Below are positions 41,941 through 49,994 of a DNA stretch of 64,000 nt, piece after piece (the first letter of the stretch is position 1; every line of letters begins with the position of its first letter). A program made the translations under genes and the position numbers. This DNA comes from Alphaproteobacteria bacterium (lineage in GTDB: Bacteria > Pseudomonadota > Alphaproteobacteria > Bin95), in NCBI GenBank assembly GCA_963665325.3, contig CAXXWS020000002.1:320001-384000 (forward strand), written 5' to 3'. Under the pieces are notes generated by a model, which searched no databases, was not told the origin of the DNA, and saw nothing but the letters and a program-made list of their open reading frames with translations.

Positions 41941-42387
41941 TTACCGCTCGGTCCACCGCTTGCGGCGGAGGCGTTCGAGGCGGCGTTCGCGCTGCAGGCC
42001 ATGGCGCTTCAGGAAGCGCTGCACCGTGGACGCATCGAACGCCAGTCCCTCGGCGGCGAGCGCATCGCGCAGCCCCCGGACGGAAAGCCGCGGCTGCGCC
42101 TCCAGTATGCGAAGGATACGCTCCCGCTCCGGCTCGATCCGCGAGGCGCTGCCGCCCTGCCTGTCGGGCCGCACATGGCCGCGTTCGCGGAAACGCCTGA
42201 CCCAGAGACGGACGCTGGCCTCCCCCAGCCCGAAATGCCGGGCCGCGGCGGCGGCGCTCATGCCCCGCTCCACCACGGCCGCCACCGCCACGCCCCGCAG
42301 GTCCGTGCCGACCGGGCGGCCCTGCCTCAGCTCCGGCAGCGCGCCCGCCGGGCCGCCCTTCGTTTCGCCTGTCGATTCCTTCGTCAC
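41941..42387 (-). CDS. IS630-family OrfA-like double-HTH protein without a DDE domain
   Basis: DLR..AVAAV..GMS..AAARHFG.....VR.WVRRFRE.G.V.P...GG and L...P.LS...LRD.LA.EG.....STV.RFLKRHGL; GTG start with GGGGAG RBS. Confidence 0.75.
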   Translation of the reverse strand: MTKESTGETKGGPAGALPELRQGRPVGTDLRGVAVAAVVERGMSAAAAARHFGLGEASVRLWVRRFRERGHVRPDRQGGSASRIEPERERILRILEAQPRLSVRGLRDALAAEGLAFDASTVQRFLKRHGLQRERRLERLRRKRWTER

Positions 42388-42656
42388 CGCTTCTCCCCCC
42401 ACTGCGTTGCTGCCGTTGCGCAACGCTGAACCCGAAAGCAACGCTCCGGCCCCTGCGCCGCTGCCGCGCCATCCTCCGGCCGCAAACCTTGAGCGGCACA
42501 GCGCGCCGCGCGCGCACATCTCTCCCGTTCGCTGCCCGGGCGACGGCTGGCTCCAGTTTGCTGCCGCGGCCGGTGCGGGGCCTGTGCGCGCCGCACCGGT
42601 CCGCCGGATCGTCAGGTCCAGGTCATGTCTTCCTTCGTTTTCTTGAGAAGTTGTCG

Positions 42657-42688
42657 AAACAAATACAGAACAAACTGGGCAATGTCAA
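42657..42688 (-). promoter_or_regulatory. Sigma70-like promoter with overlapping putative alphaproteobacterial LexA box
   Basis: TTGACA-17 bp-TATTTG; GTTC-TGTATTT-GTTT vs consensus GTTC-N7-GTTC. Confidence 0.55.
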
Positions 42689-42968
42689 GCTCGGATCGAC
42701 GCCGAAGCGCACGCGGCGAGTCACCCCGGATGCCGCATTTCTCGACGGCCATTGCCATAAGATTAATTTATAGATGTTATGAGAAAACGGTCTTGGAGTT
42801 CATAGTGCATAGTGCGGACCATGTTGCCTGACATGGTGTGGCGTCGGCGGAAACCCCCATCCGCGCCGGGGCGTGTCTGCCGACAGGCTGTCCGGCCGAA
42901 GCGCTTACGGGAGTTTACCGGGCCGCAGCTTCGCGAGAAGCGGGCGTGCGAACCTGTCGTGAAAGGAC

Positions 42969-43409
42969 ATGAGGGCCGTGGACGAAGAGAAGGTTGAAAT
43001 CTCGATTGGCAACGACGTGTCCGAGATAGCCGGCGTCGCGGATCGAATTGACGAGTTCTGCGAGACCAGCGGGATAGGGCCGAAGACCGCCTACGCGCTC
43101 AATCTCTCCATCGACGAGGTTCTGACCAACACGATCGATTACGGATATGACGACGACGAGGCGCACCGCATTGAAATCGCCTTGCGCAAGGAGGCGGACA
43201 AGCTGGTTGCGGTGATCGAGGACGACAGCCGGGAGTTCGATCCCTCGGGCCCGCCGCCGGAGGTCGATTTCGATGCATCCCTCGAAGAGCGGGCCGTCGG
43301 CGGGCTCGGCCTTTTTCTTGTGCACGAGCTGATGGACAGCGTGGACTACCGCCGGGCCGATGGCCGCAACTTCATCACGCTGACGAAGAGCCTTGCCGGG
43401 AAGGACTGA
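42969..43409 (+). CDS. RsbW-like anti-sigma factor / Ser kinase (HATPase_c_2)
   Basis: LSIDEVLTNTIDYGY, IEDD...FDP, GGLGLFLV..LMD. Confidence 0.92.
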   Translation: MRAVDEEKVEISIGNDVSEIAGVADRIDEFCETSGIGPKTAYALNLSIDEVLTNTIDYGYDDDEAHRIEIALRKEADKLVAVIEDDSREFDPSGPPPEVDFDASLEERAVGGLGLFLVHELMDSVDYRRADGRNFITLTKSLAGKD

Positions 43410-43450
43410 TACCGGCGGCGGTTGATCGGAACCGATAGCGAGGGCGCCCC
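43409..43450. repeat. Dispersed repeat C, copy 2
   Basis: Reverse complement of 2703-2744. Confidence 0.85.
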
Positions 43451-43471
43451 TGCCATCGGCCCGGTCCTCTT

Positions 43472-43580
43472 CCCCCTCGTCCCGAGTAGCGGCGCCAGCC
43501 CCGTGTCGAAGGAGGTCTTTCCGCCGGCGGGACGGTCCTTCGATGCGCACCCGCTGGCGCAGGCGCTACTCAGCACGAGG
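43472..43580. repeat. Nuclease-free A+B inverted doublet of the GIY-YIG-associated repeat family
   Basis: CCCCCTCGTCCCGAGTAGCGGCGCCAGCCCCGTGTCGAAGGA...TCCTTCGATGCG...GCTACTCAGCACGAGG. Confidence 0.85.
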
Positions 43581-43730
43581 AGAGGGCCGGGACGCCGAGC
43601 GGGGCTGCACCAACCCATGAGTCTGAATCCGGCACCGCTGGTATGACGAACCTGTACCTTCAGGCGTTCGACAGGCGAGTTTCGCCATGCGGTAAAAGTG
43701 GGGCGTCACCGGGTCGCCGCAGGGGCGGCT

Positions 43731-43946
43731 TTACTCCGCTGGGGCGGAGGGGGGGTACGTCGGCGCGTCGCGGCCGGCAATGTAGTTCTCCAGCCGCAAG
43801 AGCCTGTCCTAAATCTCCCTGAAGTCGTGCTGGATTTCGCGCATGTTCTAGCGTTGCTCGCTTCGCAAGCTGCAGATCGCGACGATGAGCCAACCGAACA
43901 GGGCAAGGGTGATCGCCGGCGCCAGCCAGGGGATGATCGCTTCCAT
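43731..43946 (-). pseudogene. Small TM + coiled-coil protein gene with two in-frame TAG codons
   Basis: MEAIIPWLAPAITLALFGWLIVAICSLRSEQR*NMREIQHDFREI*DRLLRLENYIAG...; AGGA RBS. Confidence 0.6.
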
Positions 43947-44027
43947 GTAATCAATCCTAATTCGGAACGACGCCACGCCCAACCCCGCCACCATAACGGC
44001 TGTAGCCGCAGTAAATCGGTTCGGTAG

Positions 44028-45032
44028 CTATTTGGGTCGCCAATTTTCGGCTACTGCGAGACCTCGCCGCCAAGCGACTTCTATCTCGTCGGACCCGGCA
44101 AGAAAGAACTCTCCACCGAGCGATTTTCCTGATTTCTCAAGTAAGTCCTTCATCGCCTTCTCGCCCTCCAATGCGTGGCCGGAACACGGGAAGGGGGCAC
44201 GGTCTTCCGCAAAAGTGGACTTATGGATAGTCCAGCGGAAGGCGCCCTTTGGCAAAGTATGATTGAAATACCTGCATCTGTAATTCGGACTTGCAGAAAA
44301 CCCGACCTTGACGATCAAGCGGCCATGCGCCGGCTCGCACAGAAATGCGTCTGCATCTCCCTTGAGGTTCAGGATATAAAGGTGCTTTCGACCTTCTGCT
44401 TCACAAACCATGTGGGGAGATTGGGAGACAGGGCCGGGACGACTGGGCGTCAGTACATTCTCCGCCGCTCCGAACGCGGAAAACCCCATCTCGGGTTGGC
44501 CATATACTTCAACTTCGTAAAGATCGAGGTCCAGAATTCGGTGGGCTTCGTCGGAAGTCAGAGGCATCCCTTGAGCGCCAATTGGTTGTCCACGTGCTGG
44601 CTTGTAAGTGATTGAGGCAAAACGACTTACATCAATTTGTGATTCTCGGCTTACACGCCACGCGCGAAGTGTTCTAACTCCATAGTTCCAACGTTTTTTC
44701 CCATCAGAATCGCTTTGTTTTTTGTTCCAATCATCTTCAGACATAAATTCGCGCGCATAAACACATTGGTGAGATTGTTGTTGAACTCCGATGATTTTTC
44801 TACGATCTTGAGGAGACGATCTGGACGCTCCATATAGGACAACCAAGACACCAGAAGTGCTTCGCCTAACAAAGCTTCTTCTCATCCATTCTTCCGTGAA
44901 ACCGAGGAACCCCCACTTTTCGGGCTCAAAGCTGTAAAGGCTGCTCAGCCATACGTTCGGCGGACTTTTCTTGATCGCGTCCAGCGGATTCATCAGGGCA
45001 ATCGAAGCTTCAGGATTCTGTGAATCCGCCAT
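44028..45032 (-). CDS. Low-GC protein with C-terminal GIY-YIG/T5orf172-like nuclease domain; putative defence endonuclease
   Basis: HLYIL...KVGFS..P..R...ALEGE...GGEFF; visibly AT-richer than the flanks; start uncertain. Confidence 0.65.
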   Translation of the reverse strand: MADSQNPEASIALMNPLDAIKKSPPNVWLSSLYSFEPEKWGFLGFTEEWMRRSFVRRSTSGVLVVLYGASRSSPQDRRKIIGVQQQSHQCVYAREFMSEDDWNKKQSDSDGKKRWNYGVRTLRAWRVSRESQIDVSRFASITYKPARGQPIGAQGMPLTSDEAHRILDLDLYEVEVYGQPEMGFSAFGAAENVLTPSRPGPVSQSPHMVCEAEGRKHLYILNLKGDADAFLCEPAHGRLIVKVGFSASPNYRCRYFNHTLPKGAFRWTIHKSTFAEDRAPFPCSGHALEGEKAMKDLLEKSGKSLGGEFFLAGSDEIEVAWRRGLAVAENWRPK

Positions 45033-45047
45033 TCCAAGGCTCCCCAC

Positions 45048-46328
45048 CTACGAATTCGACAGGCGGGTTTCGTCGTAGTCCTTGCTAATGCGGTAGAAAT
45101 GCGGCGTCACCGGGTCGAGGCCCGAGCGCTCATGCTCGCGGACGACATTGCGCGCGATGCCGCGCAGATGCACCTCGTCGGGCCCGTCGATGAACTGTAG
45201 CGCCCGGCCCCAGGTCCATAGCCAGGAAAGCGGTGTGTCCGGCGTGAGGCCCATGGAGCCGAACACCTGCATCGCCCGGTTGGCCACCGTGGTTTGCAGG
45301 CGTGCGGCCACCACCTTGATCTGCGAGACCTCGTTGCGGGCCGCTTTGTTGCCGTGATGGTCGATCAGCCAGGCGGTGCGCAGGCAGAGCAGCCGCGCCA
45401 TGTCGATCTCGGTCCGCGAAAGCGCCACGGCCTCGCGCACCGTGTCGTGGTCGATGGTGCGCTTGCCGAAGGTCATGCGGTTGAGCCCGCGCTCGATCAT
45501 CAGCTGCAGCGCCACCTCGCATTGCCCGATGGTGCGCATGCAGTGGTGGATACGGCCCGGCCCCAGTCGCGCCTGCGCGATGGCGAAGCCGCCGCCGACC
45601 TCGCCCATCAGGTTCTCGTACGGCACCCGGACATTGTCGAAGACAACTTCGCAATGCCCCTCCGGCGCGACGTGGTGCATGACCGGGATATTCCGCGCGA
45701 CGCGCACGCCCGGCGTGTCGGGATCGACGAGGACCTGGCTCTGGCGCCGGTGGACCGCGGCGTCGGGGTCGGTCACGCCCATGACGATCATCACGCCGAG
45801 CTCGGGATGGGCGGCGTTGGTGATGAACCACTTGCGCCCGTCAATGACCCATTCGTCGCCCTCGCGCCGGATGCGGGTCTGGACATTGGTGGCGTCCGAG
45901 GACGCGACTTCCGGCTCGGTCATGCAGAAGGCCGAGCGGATCCTGCCGTCCAGCAGCGGCTCCAGATAGCGCTGCTTCTGCTCCGGTGTGCCGAACATAT
46001 GGAAGACTTCCATATTGCCCGTGTCCGGCGCGTTGCAGTTGAACATTTCCGGCGCCCAGTAGATGCGGCCCATGATCTCGGCGAGCGGCGCATATTCCAG
46101 ATTGCTGCAGCGTGTGCCCGGCGCATCCTCGGGCAGCGAGGGTAGGAACATGTTCCAGAGCCCTTCTTCCCTGGCCCGGTCCTTGATGCCGGTGCAGAAG
46201 GGGGGCGGGAAGACGCCCTGCTCGGTCAGTTCGTGCCATTCCTTATCGCGCGGCACGATCTCGCGGGCCATGAAGCGGGTCACCTGCTCCTGGAGCTGGC
46301 GGACCTTGTCGGAATATTCGAAATCCAT
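45048..46328 (-). CDS. Acyl-CoA dehydrogenase
   Basis: NCNAPDTGNME, MTEPEVASSDA, QARLGPGRIHHCMR, DGPDEVH. Confidence 0.95.
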   Translation of the reverse strand: MDFEYSDKVRQLQEQVTRFMAREIVPRDKEWHELTEQGVFPPPFCTGIKDRAREEGLWNMFLPSLPEDAPGTRCSNLEYAPLAEIMGRIYWAPEMFNCNAPDTGNMEVFHMFGTPEQKQRYLEPLLDGRIRSAFCMTEPEVASSDATNVQTRIRREGDEWVIDGRKWFITNAAHPELGVMIVMGVTDPDAAVHRRQSQVLVDPDTPGVRVARNIPVMHHVAPEGHCEVVFDNVRVPYENLMGEVGGGFAIAQARLGPGRIHHCMRTIGQCEVALQLMIERGLNRMTFGKRTIDHDTVREAVALSRTEIDMARLLCLRTAWLIDHHGNKAARNEVSQIKVVAARLQTTVANRAMQVFGSMGLTPDTPLSWLWTWGRALQFIDGPDEVHLRGIARNVVREHERSGLDPVTPHFYRISKDYDETRLSNS

Positions 46329-46358
46329 TGTGTCTCGCTTTCGGGTGACGCCGGCGCG

Positions 46359-47225
46359 TCAGCAGGCATCGCCGTTCAGGCGGCCCCGCGCCGGGGAGAC
46401 GGGATAGACGCCGAGGACGCGGATTTCACGCGAGAAGAAGTCGAGTTCCTCCAGCGCCAGCCTGACGGAATGGTCCTCGGGATGGCCCTCGATGTCGGCG
46501 TAGAACAGTGTGGCGGTGAAGCTGCCGTCGGTCATGTAGCTTTCGAGCTTGGTCATGTTGACGCCGTTGGTCGCGAACCCGCCGAGCGCCTTGTAAAGCG
46601 CGGCCGGCACGTTGCGGACCTTGAACAGCAACGTGGTCGTCACCGGCACGCCCGGCGGCGGGTGGGCCGCTTCGCGGGCCAGCACGATGAAGCGGGTCGT
46701 GTTGTGCGCCGCGTCCTCGATGTCGGCACGCAGGATTTCGAGGCCGTAGTGTTCGGCGGCGAGCGTGGACGCAATCGCCGCCTCTTCGGGATCGGCCCGC
46801 GACGCGACCTCGGCGGCCGCGCCTGCGGTATCGGCATGGACGAGCGCGGTGAGGCCCAGTTCGCGGATGAGCCTGCCGCACTGGCCGAGCGCATGGACAT
46901 GGCTGCGCACCCGCCGGATTGTATCGAGGCTGGCGCCGGGCGCGGCGAGAAGCTGGTGGCGCACAACCTCGAAATGTTCCGCGATGATGTGCAGTCCGGT
47001 TTCCGGCAGCAGCCGGTGGATGTCCGCTACGCGACCGGCGATGGAGTTCTCGATGGGAATCATCGCAAGCGCCGCCTCGCCTTCCTCCACCGCCGCGAAA
47101 GCATCCTCGAAGGCACGGCAGGGAAGCGGCTCCAGATCCGGGTAGGCCTGGCGGCAGGCAAGGTCTGAATAGGCGCCCGGCTCGCCCTGAAAGGCGATCC
47201 GGCGGTCGTCGGTGTCGGCGGCCAT
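46359..47225 (-). CDS. pheA: Prephenate dehydratase
   Basis: FQGEPGAYS, PIENS, NTTRF, NMTKLESY. Confidence 0.96.
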   Translation of the reverse strand: MAADTDDRRIAFQGEPGAYSDLACRQAYPDLEPLPCRAFEDAFAAVEEGEAALAMIPIENSIAGRVADIHRLLPETGLHIIAEHFEVVRHQLLAAPGASLDTIRRVRSHVHALGQCGRLIRELGLTALVHADTAGAAAEVASRADPEEAAIASTLAAEHYGLEILRADIEDAAHNTTRFIVLAREAAHPPPGVPVTTTLLFKVRNVPAALYKALGGFATNGVNMTKLESYMTDGSFTATLFYADIEGHPEDHSVRLALEELDFFSREIRVLGVYPVSPARGRLNGDAC

Positions 47226-47238
47226 CGAATGTATCAAC

Positions 47239-47967
47239 TTATCGTTTTACAGTAAGGAGTTCCCGCGCCCGGGCGAGGTCGGCGGGAGTATCGACGCCGA
47301 GCGGAACGCTGTCAACGACCGCCACCGCCACCCGCATTCCCGCTTCCAGCGCACGCAACTGTTCCAGTTTCTCGCGCTGCTCCAACAGGCTTGGCGGAAG
47401 CGTGGTGAAGCGTTCCAGGGCCGTCCGCCGCCATGCATAGAGGCCGATATGGTGGAAGAGCGGGCCGGGGCCCGCCGGAGCCGTCGCGCGGGTGAAATAG
47501 AGCGCGCGGCCATGGGCGCCGAACACCGCCTTCACGACATTGGGGTTCGTGCGCTCCTCCTCGCGCGCGATCTCGGCAGCGACCGTGCCGATATCCACCT
47601 CCGGGTCGTCGAGCAGGGCCAGCGCGGCGCGGATGTCTCCGGGCGGCACGGTCGGCAGGTCTCCCTGGAGATTGACCACCCGGTCGAACCTCCGGCCGGG
47701 GTCGAAATCGTCGAGCGCGGCGCGGATGCGGTCCGAGCCGGAGGGCAGGCCGGGGTCGGTCATTGCCGCTTCGCCGCCCGCCGCGCGCACCGCTTCGGCG
47801 ACTTCCGGCTCGCAGCAGGCGACGAGTACCGGCCCGACGCCGGCCTCCACGGCGCGCTCGAGCACATGGACGATCAGCGGCCGTCCGGCGATGTCCGCGA
47901 GCGGCTTGCCGGGCAGGCGCGTCGAAGCCATCCGCGCGGGTATCGCGATCAGCGCAGAGCCGTTCAT
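47239..47967 (-). CDS. kdsB: 3-deoxy-manno-octulosonate cytidylyltransferase
   Basis: [36 protein letters not shown]. Confidence 0.97.
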   Translation of the reverse strand: MNGSALIAIPARMASTRLPGKPLADIAGRPLIVHVLERAVEAGVGPVLVACCEPEVAEAVRAAGGEAAMTDPGLPSGSDRIRAALDDFDPGRRFDRVVNLQGDLPTVPPGDIRAALALLDDPEVDIGTVAAEIAREEERTNPNVVKAVFGAHGRALYFTRATAPAGPGPLFHHIGLYAWRRTALERFTTLPPSLLEQREKLEQLRALEAGMRVAVAVVDSVPLGVDTPADLARARELLTVKR

Positions 47968-48115
47968 CGGTCTGGATTTACGCGACGCAACGCCGCATAT
48001 CCGCTCATTTCAGCCGTCCCTACACTCGTATTCCGACAGAGGACTTCCCGGCACACGCCATGCCGCCGTGCAAGAATGCCCTGGCGCGCGCGGCCGTCAA
48101 CTGGACGACAAGGCG

Positions 48116-49189
48116 ATGGACGTTTTCGAGTTCAACAAACTTGTGGGCGGCCTGTTGCTGGCCGGCGTCGTGACGATGTTTATCGGCATTTTCGGCAACA
48201 CGCTGGTCCCGAAACAGGATGGCGGGCACGGCGTCGAGCCGCACGGGACCGAGATGGCCGCGGCTGCGCCCGCAGCTCGTGCCAAGCCCGCCGGTCCCGA
48301 GCCGATCGCCGCCATGCTGGCCGAGGCCGATATCGCGCGCGGCGAGTCGATCACCAGGAAATGCACCACCTGCCATACCTTCGCCGAAGGCGGCGCGGCG
48401 AAGCAGGGGCCGAATCTCTACAACATCGTCGGCACGGACATAGCGGCCCGGGAAGGGTTCAAATATTCGGACGCGATGGCGGAGCACCCGGGCGACTGGG
48501 ACTACGCAAATCTCAACGCGTTCCTCTTCAAGCCCAGGACTTTCCTCAAGGGCACGAAGATGACCTTTGTCGGGCTGAAGAAGACCCGCGACCGCGCCGA
48601 TCTCATCGCCTATCTGCGCACGCTCTCGACCTCGCCCCAACCGCTGCCGGAAGGCGACGCCTCCGAGCCGGCCCAGGAAGGCGGGACGGAGCCGAAGGCT
48701 GCACTGCCGGCCCTGCCGGCCCCGGCGCAGGCGGCGGAACGAACGGCGCCCGCGCTGGACGCGGCTCCGGAAGCGGCGGTGCGGCATAGCTGGAACTTCT
48801 CGCTGATCGGAACGGCCATGGCGGCCGAACCGGCCAAGAGTCTTGCGGAGCGCCTGGCAGTCGCCGATCCCGAGGCCGGCAAGAAGGTGTGGCGCAAGTG
48901 CAAGGCCTGTCACACCATCGACAAGGGCGGCAAGAAGCGCATCGGCCCCAATCTCTGGAACATCGTCGGCGCGGATGTAGCGGCGCGTGAAGGCTTCAAA
49001 TATTCCAAGGGGATGGTGGCGTTCGGCGGCCAATGGACCTATGAGCGGCTCGACGCCTATCTCACCAAGCCGAGGAAGGTGGTGAAGGGCGGCAAGATGT
49101 CCTTTGTCGGGCTGAAGAAGCCGAAAGACCGCGCCAATATCATCGCCTTCCTGCGGGCCCAGGCGGACGAACCGCTTCCGCTCCCCTGA
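48116..49189 (+). CDS. Membrane-anchored cytochrome c (CycM-like) with two class I cytochrome c domains
   Basis: N-terminal TM anchor; CTTCH..GPNL..GTKM.F.GL and CKACH..GPNL..KMSF.GL. Confidence 0.92.
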   Translation: MDVFEFNKLVGGLLLAGVVTMFIGIFGNTLVPKQDGGHGVEPHGTEMAAAAPAARAKPAGPEPIAAMLAEADIARGESITRKCTTCHTFAEGGAAKQGPNLYNIVGTDIAAREGFKYSDAMAEHPGDWDYANLNAFLFKPRTFLKGTKMTFVGLKKTRDRADLIAYLRTLSTSPQPLPEGDASEPAQEGGTEPKAALPALPAPAQAAERTAPALDAAPEAAVRHSWNFSLIGTAMAAEPAKSLAERLAVADPEAGKKVWRKCKACHTIDKGGKKRIGPNLWNIVGADVAAREGFKYSKGMVAFGGQWTYERLDAYLTKPRKVVKGGKMSFVGLKKPKDRANIIAFLRAQADEPLPLP

Positions 49190-49207
49190 GGCGCGCTTGG
49201 GCGCGCC

Positions 49208-49993
49208 ATGCAGACGATCCGCGCCTTCCTTGACCGTTTGGGAGATACCGTCCGCCCCATCCACCGGCGCTATTTCCGCTCGGGAGTAGCAGTCGAGCGC
49301 AAGGACGATGAATCGCCTGTAACCCGCTCCGACCGGGAGGCCGAGCAGGCGCTGCGGCGGGAAATTGCCAACGCCTTCCCCGAAGACGGCATTTTGGGCG
49401 AGGAGTTCGGCTCCGAACGCCTGGATGCCCGGCGGGTCTGGGTTCTGGATCCCCTCGACGGCACGCGCGCCTTCGTCAATGGCAAGCCGGTTTTCGGCGT
49501 CATGGCGGCGCTTCTGGAAGAGGGCCGGCCGATTGCGGGACTGATCGACATGCCGATTCTGTCCGAACGTTGGATCGGCATCGCCGGCGAGCCGACGACC
49601 TTCAACGGTGCGCCGGCCCGGGTGCGCGGTTGCGAGAGGCTCGCGGCGGCGTCGCTCAATGCGACCTCGCCCGACATTTTCCCGGACAATGCCTCGCTGA
49701 CGGCATTCGACCGCCTGTCGGCAGCCTGCGGGCAGCGGCATTTCGGCGGCGACTGCCATCTCTACGGCCTCCTGGCGTCGGGCTGGATCGACCTCGTCGC
49801 AGAGGCCGGCCTCGCGCCCTACGACTATCTCGCCCATGTCGCCATCGTGGAAGGCGCCGGCGGGCGGATCGGCGACTGGCAGGGCCGCCCGCTCGGCCTC
49901 GAGTCGGACGGACGGGTGTTGGCCGTGGGCGCCCCGGAACTGTTCGAGCAGGCGCTCGACCGCCTTGGCGGGCCGGGCGGCGGCTCGGGGTGA
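49208..49993 (+). CDS. hisN: Inositol monophosphatase family, histidinol-phosphatase type
   Basis: SPVT..D, GEE, LDPLDGT, GGDC..Y, YD. Confidence 0.8.
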   Translation: MQTIRAFLDRLGDTVRPIHRRYFRSGVAVERKDDESPVTRSDREAEQALRREIANAFPEDGILGEEFGSERLDARRVWVLDPLDGTRAFVNGKPVFGVMAALLEEGRPIAGLIDMPILSERWIGIAGEPTTFNGAPARVRGCERLAAASLNATSPDIFPDNASLTAFDRLSAACGQRHFGGDCHLYGLLASGWIDLVAEAGLAPYDYLAHVAIVEGAGGRIGDWQGRPLGLESDGRVLAVGAPELFEQALDRLGGPGGGSG

Positions 49994-49994
49994 C

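Noticed and set aside
43409-43450. Integron attC site
   Set aside because: Lacks complementary RYYYAAC/GTTRRRY ends, and there is no integron integrase in the window.
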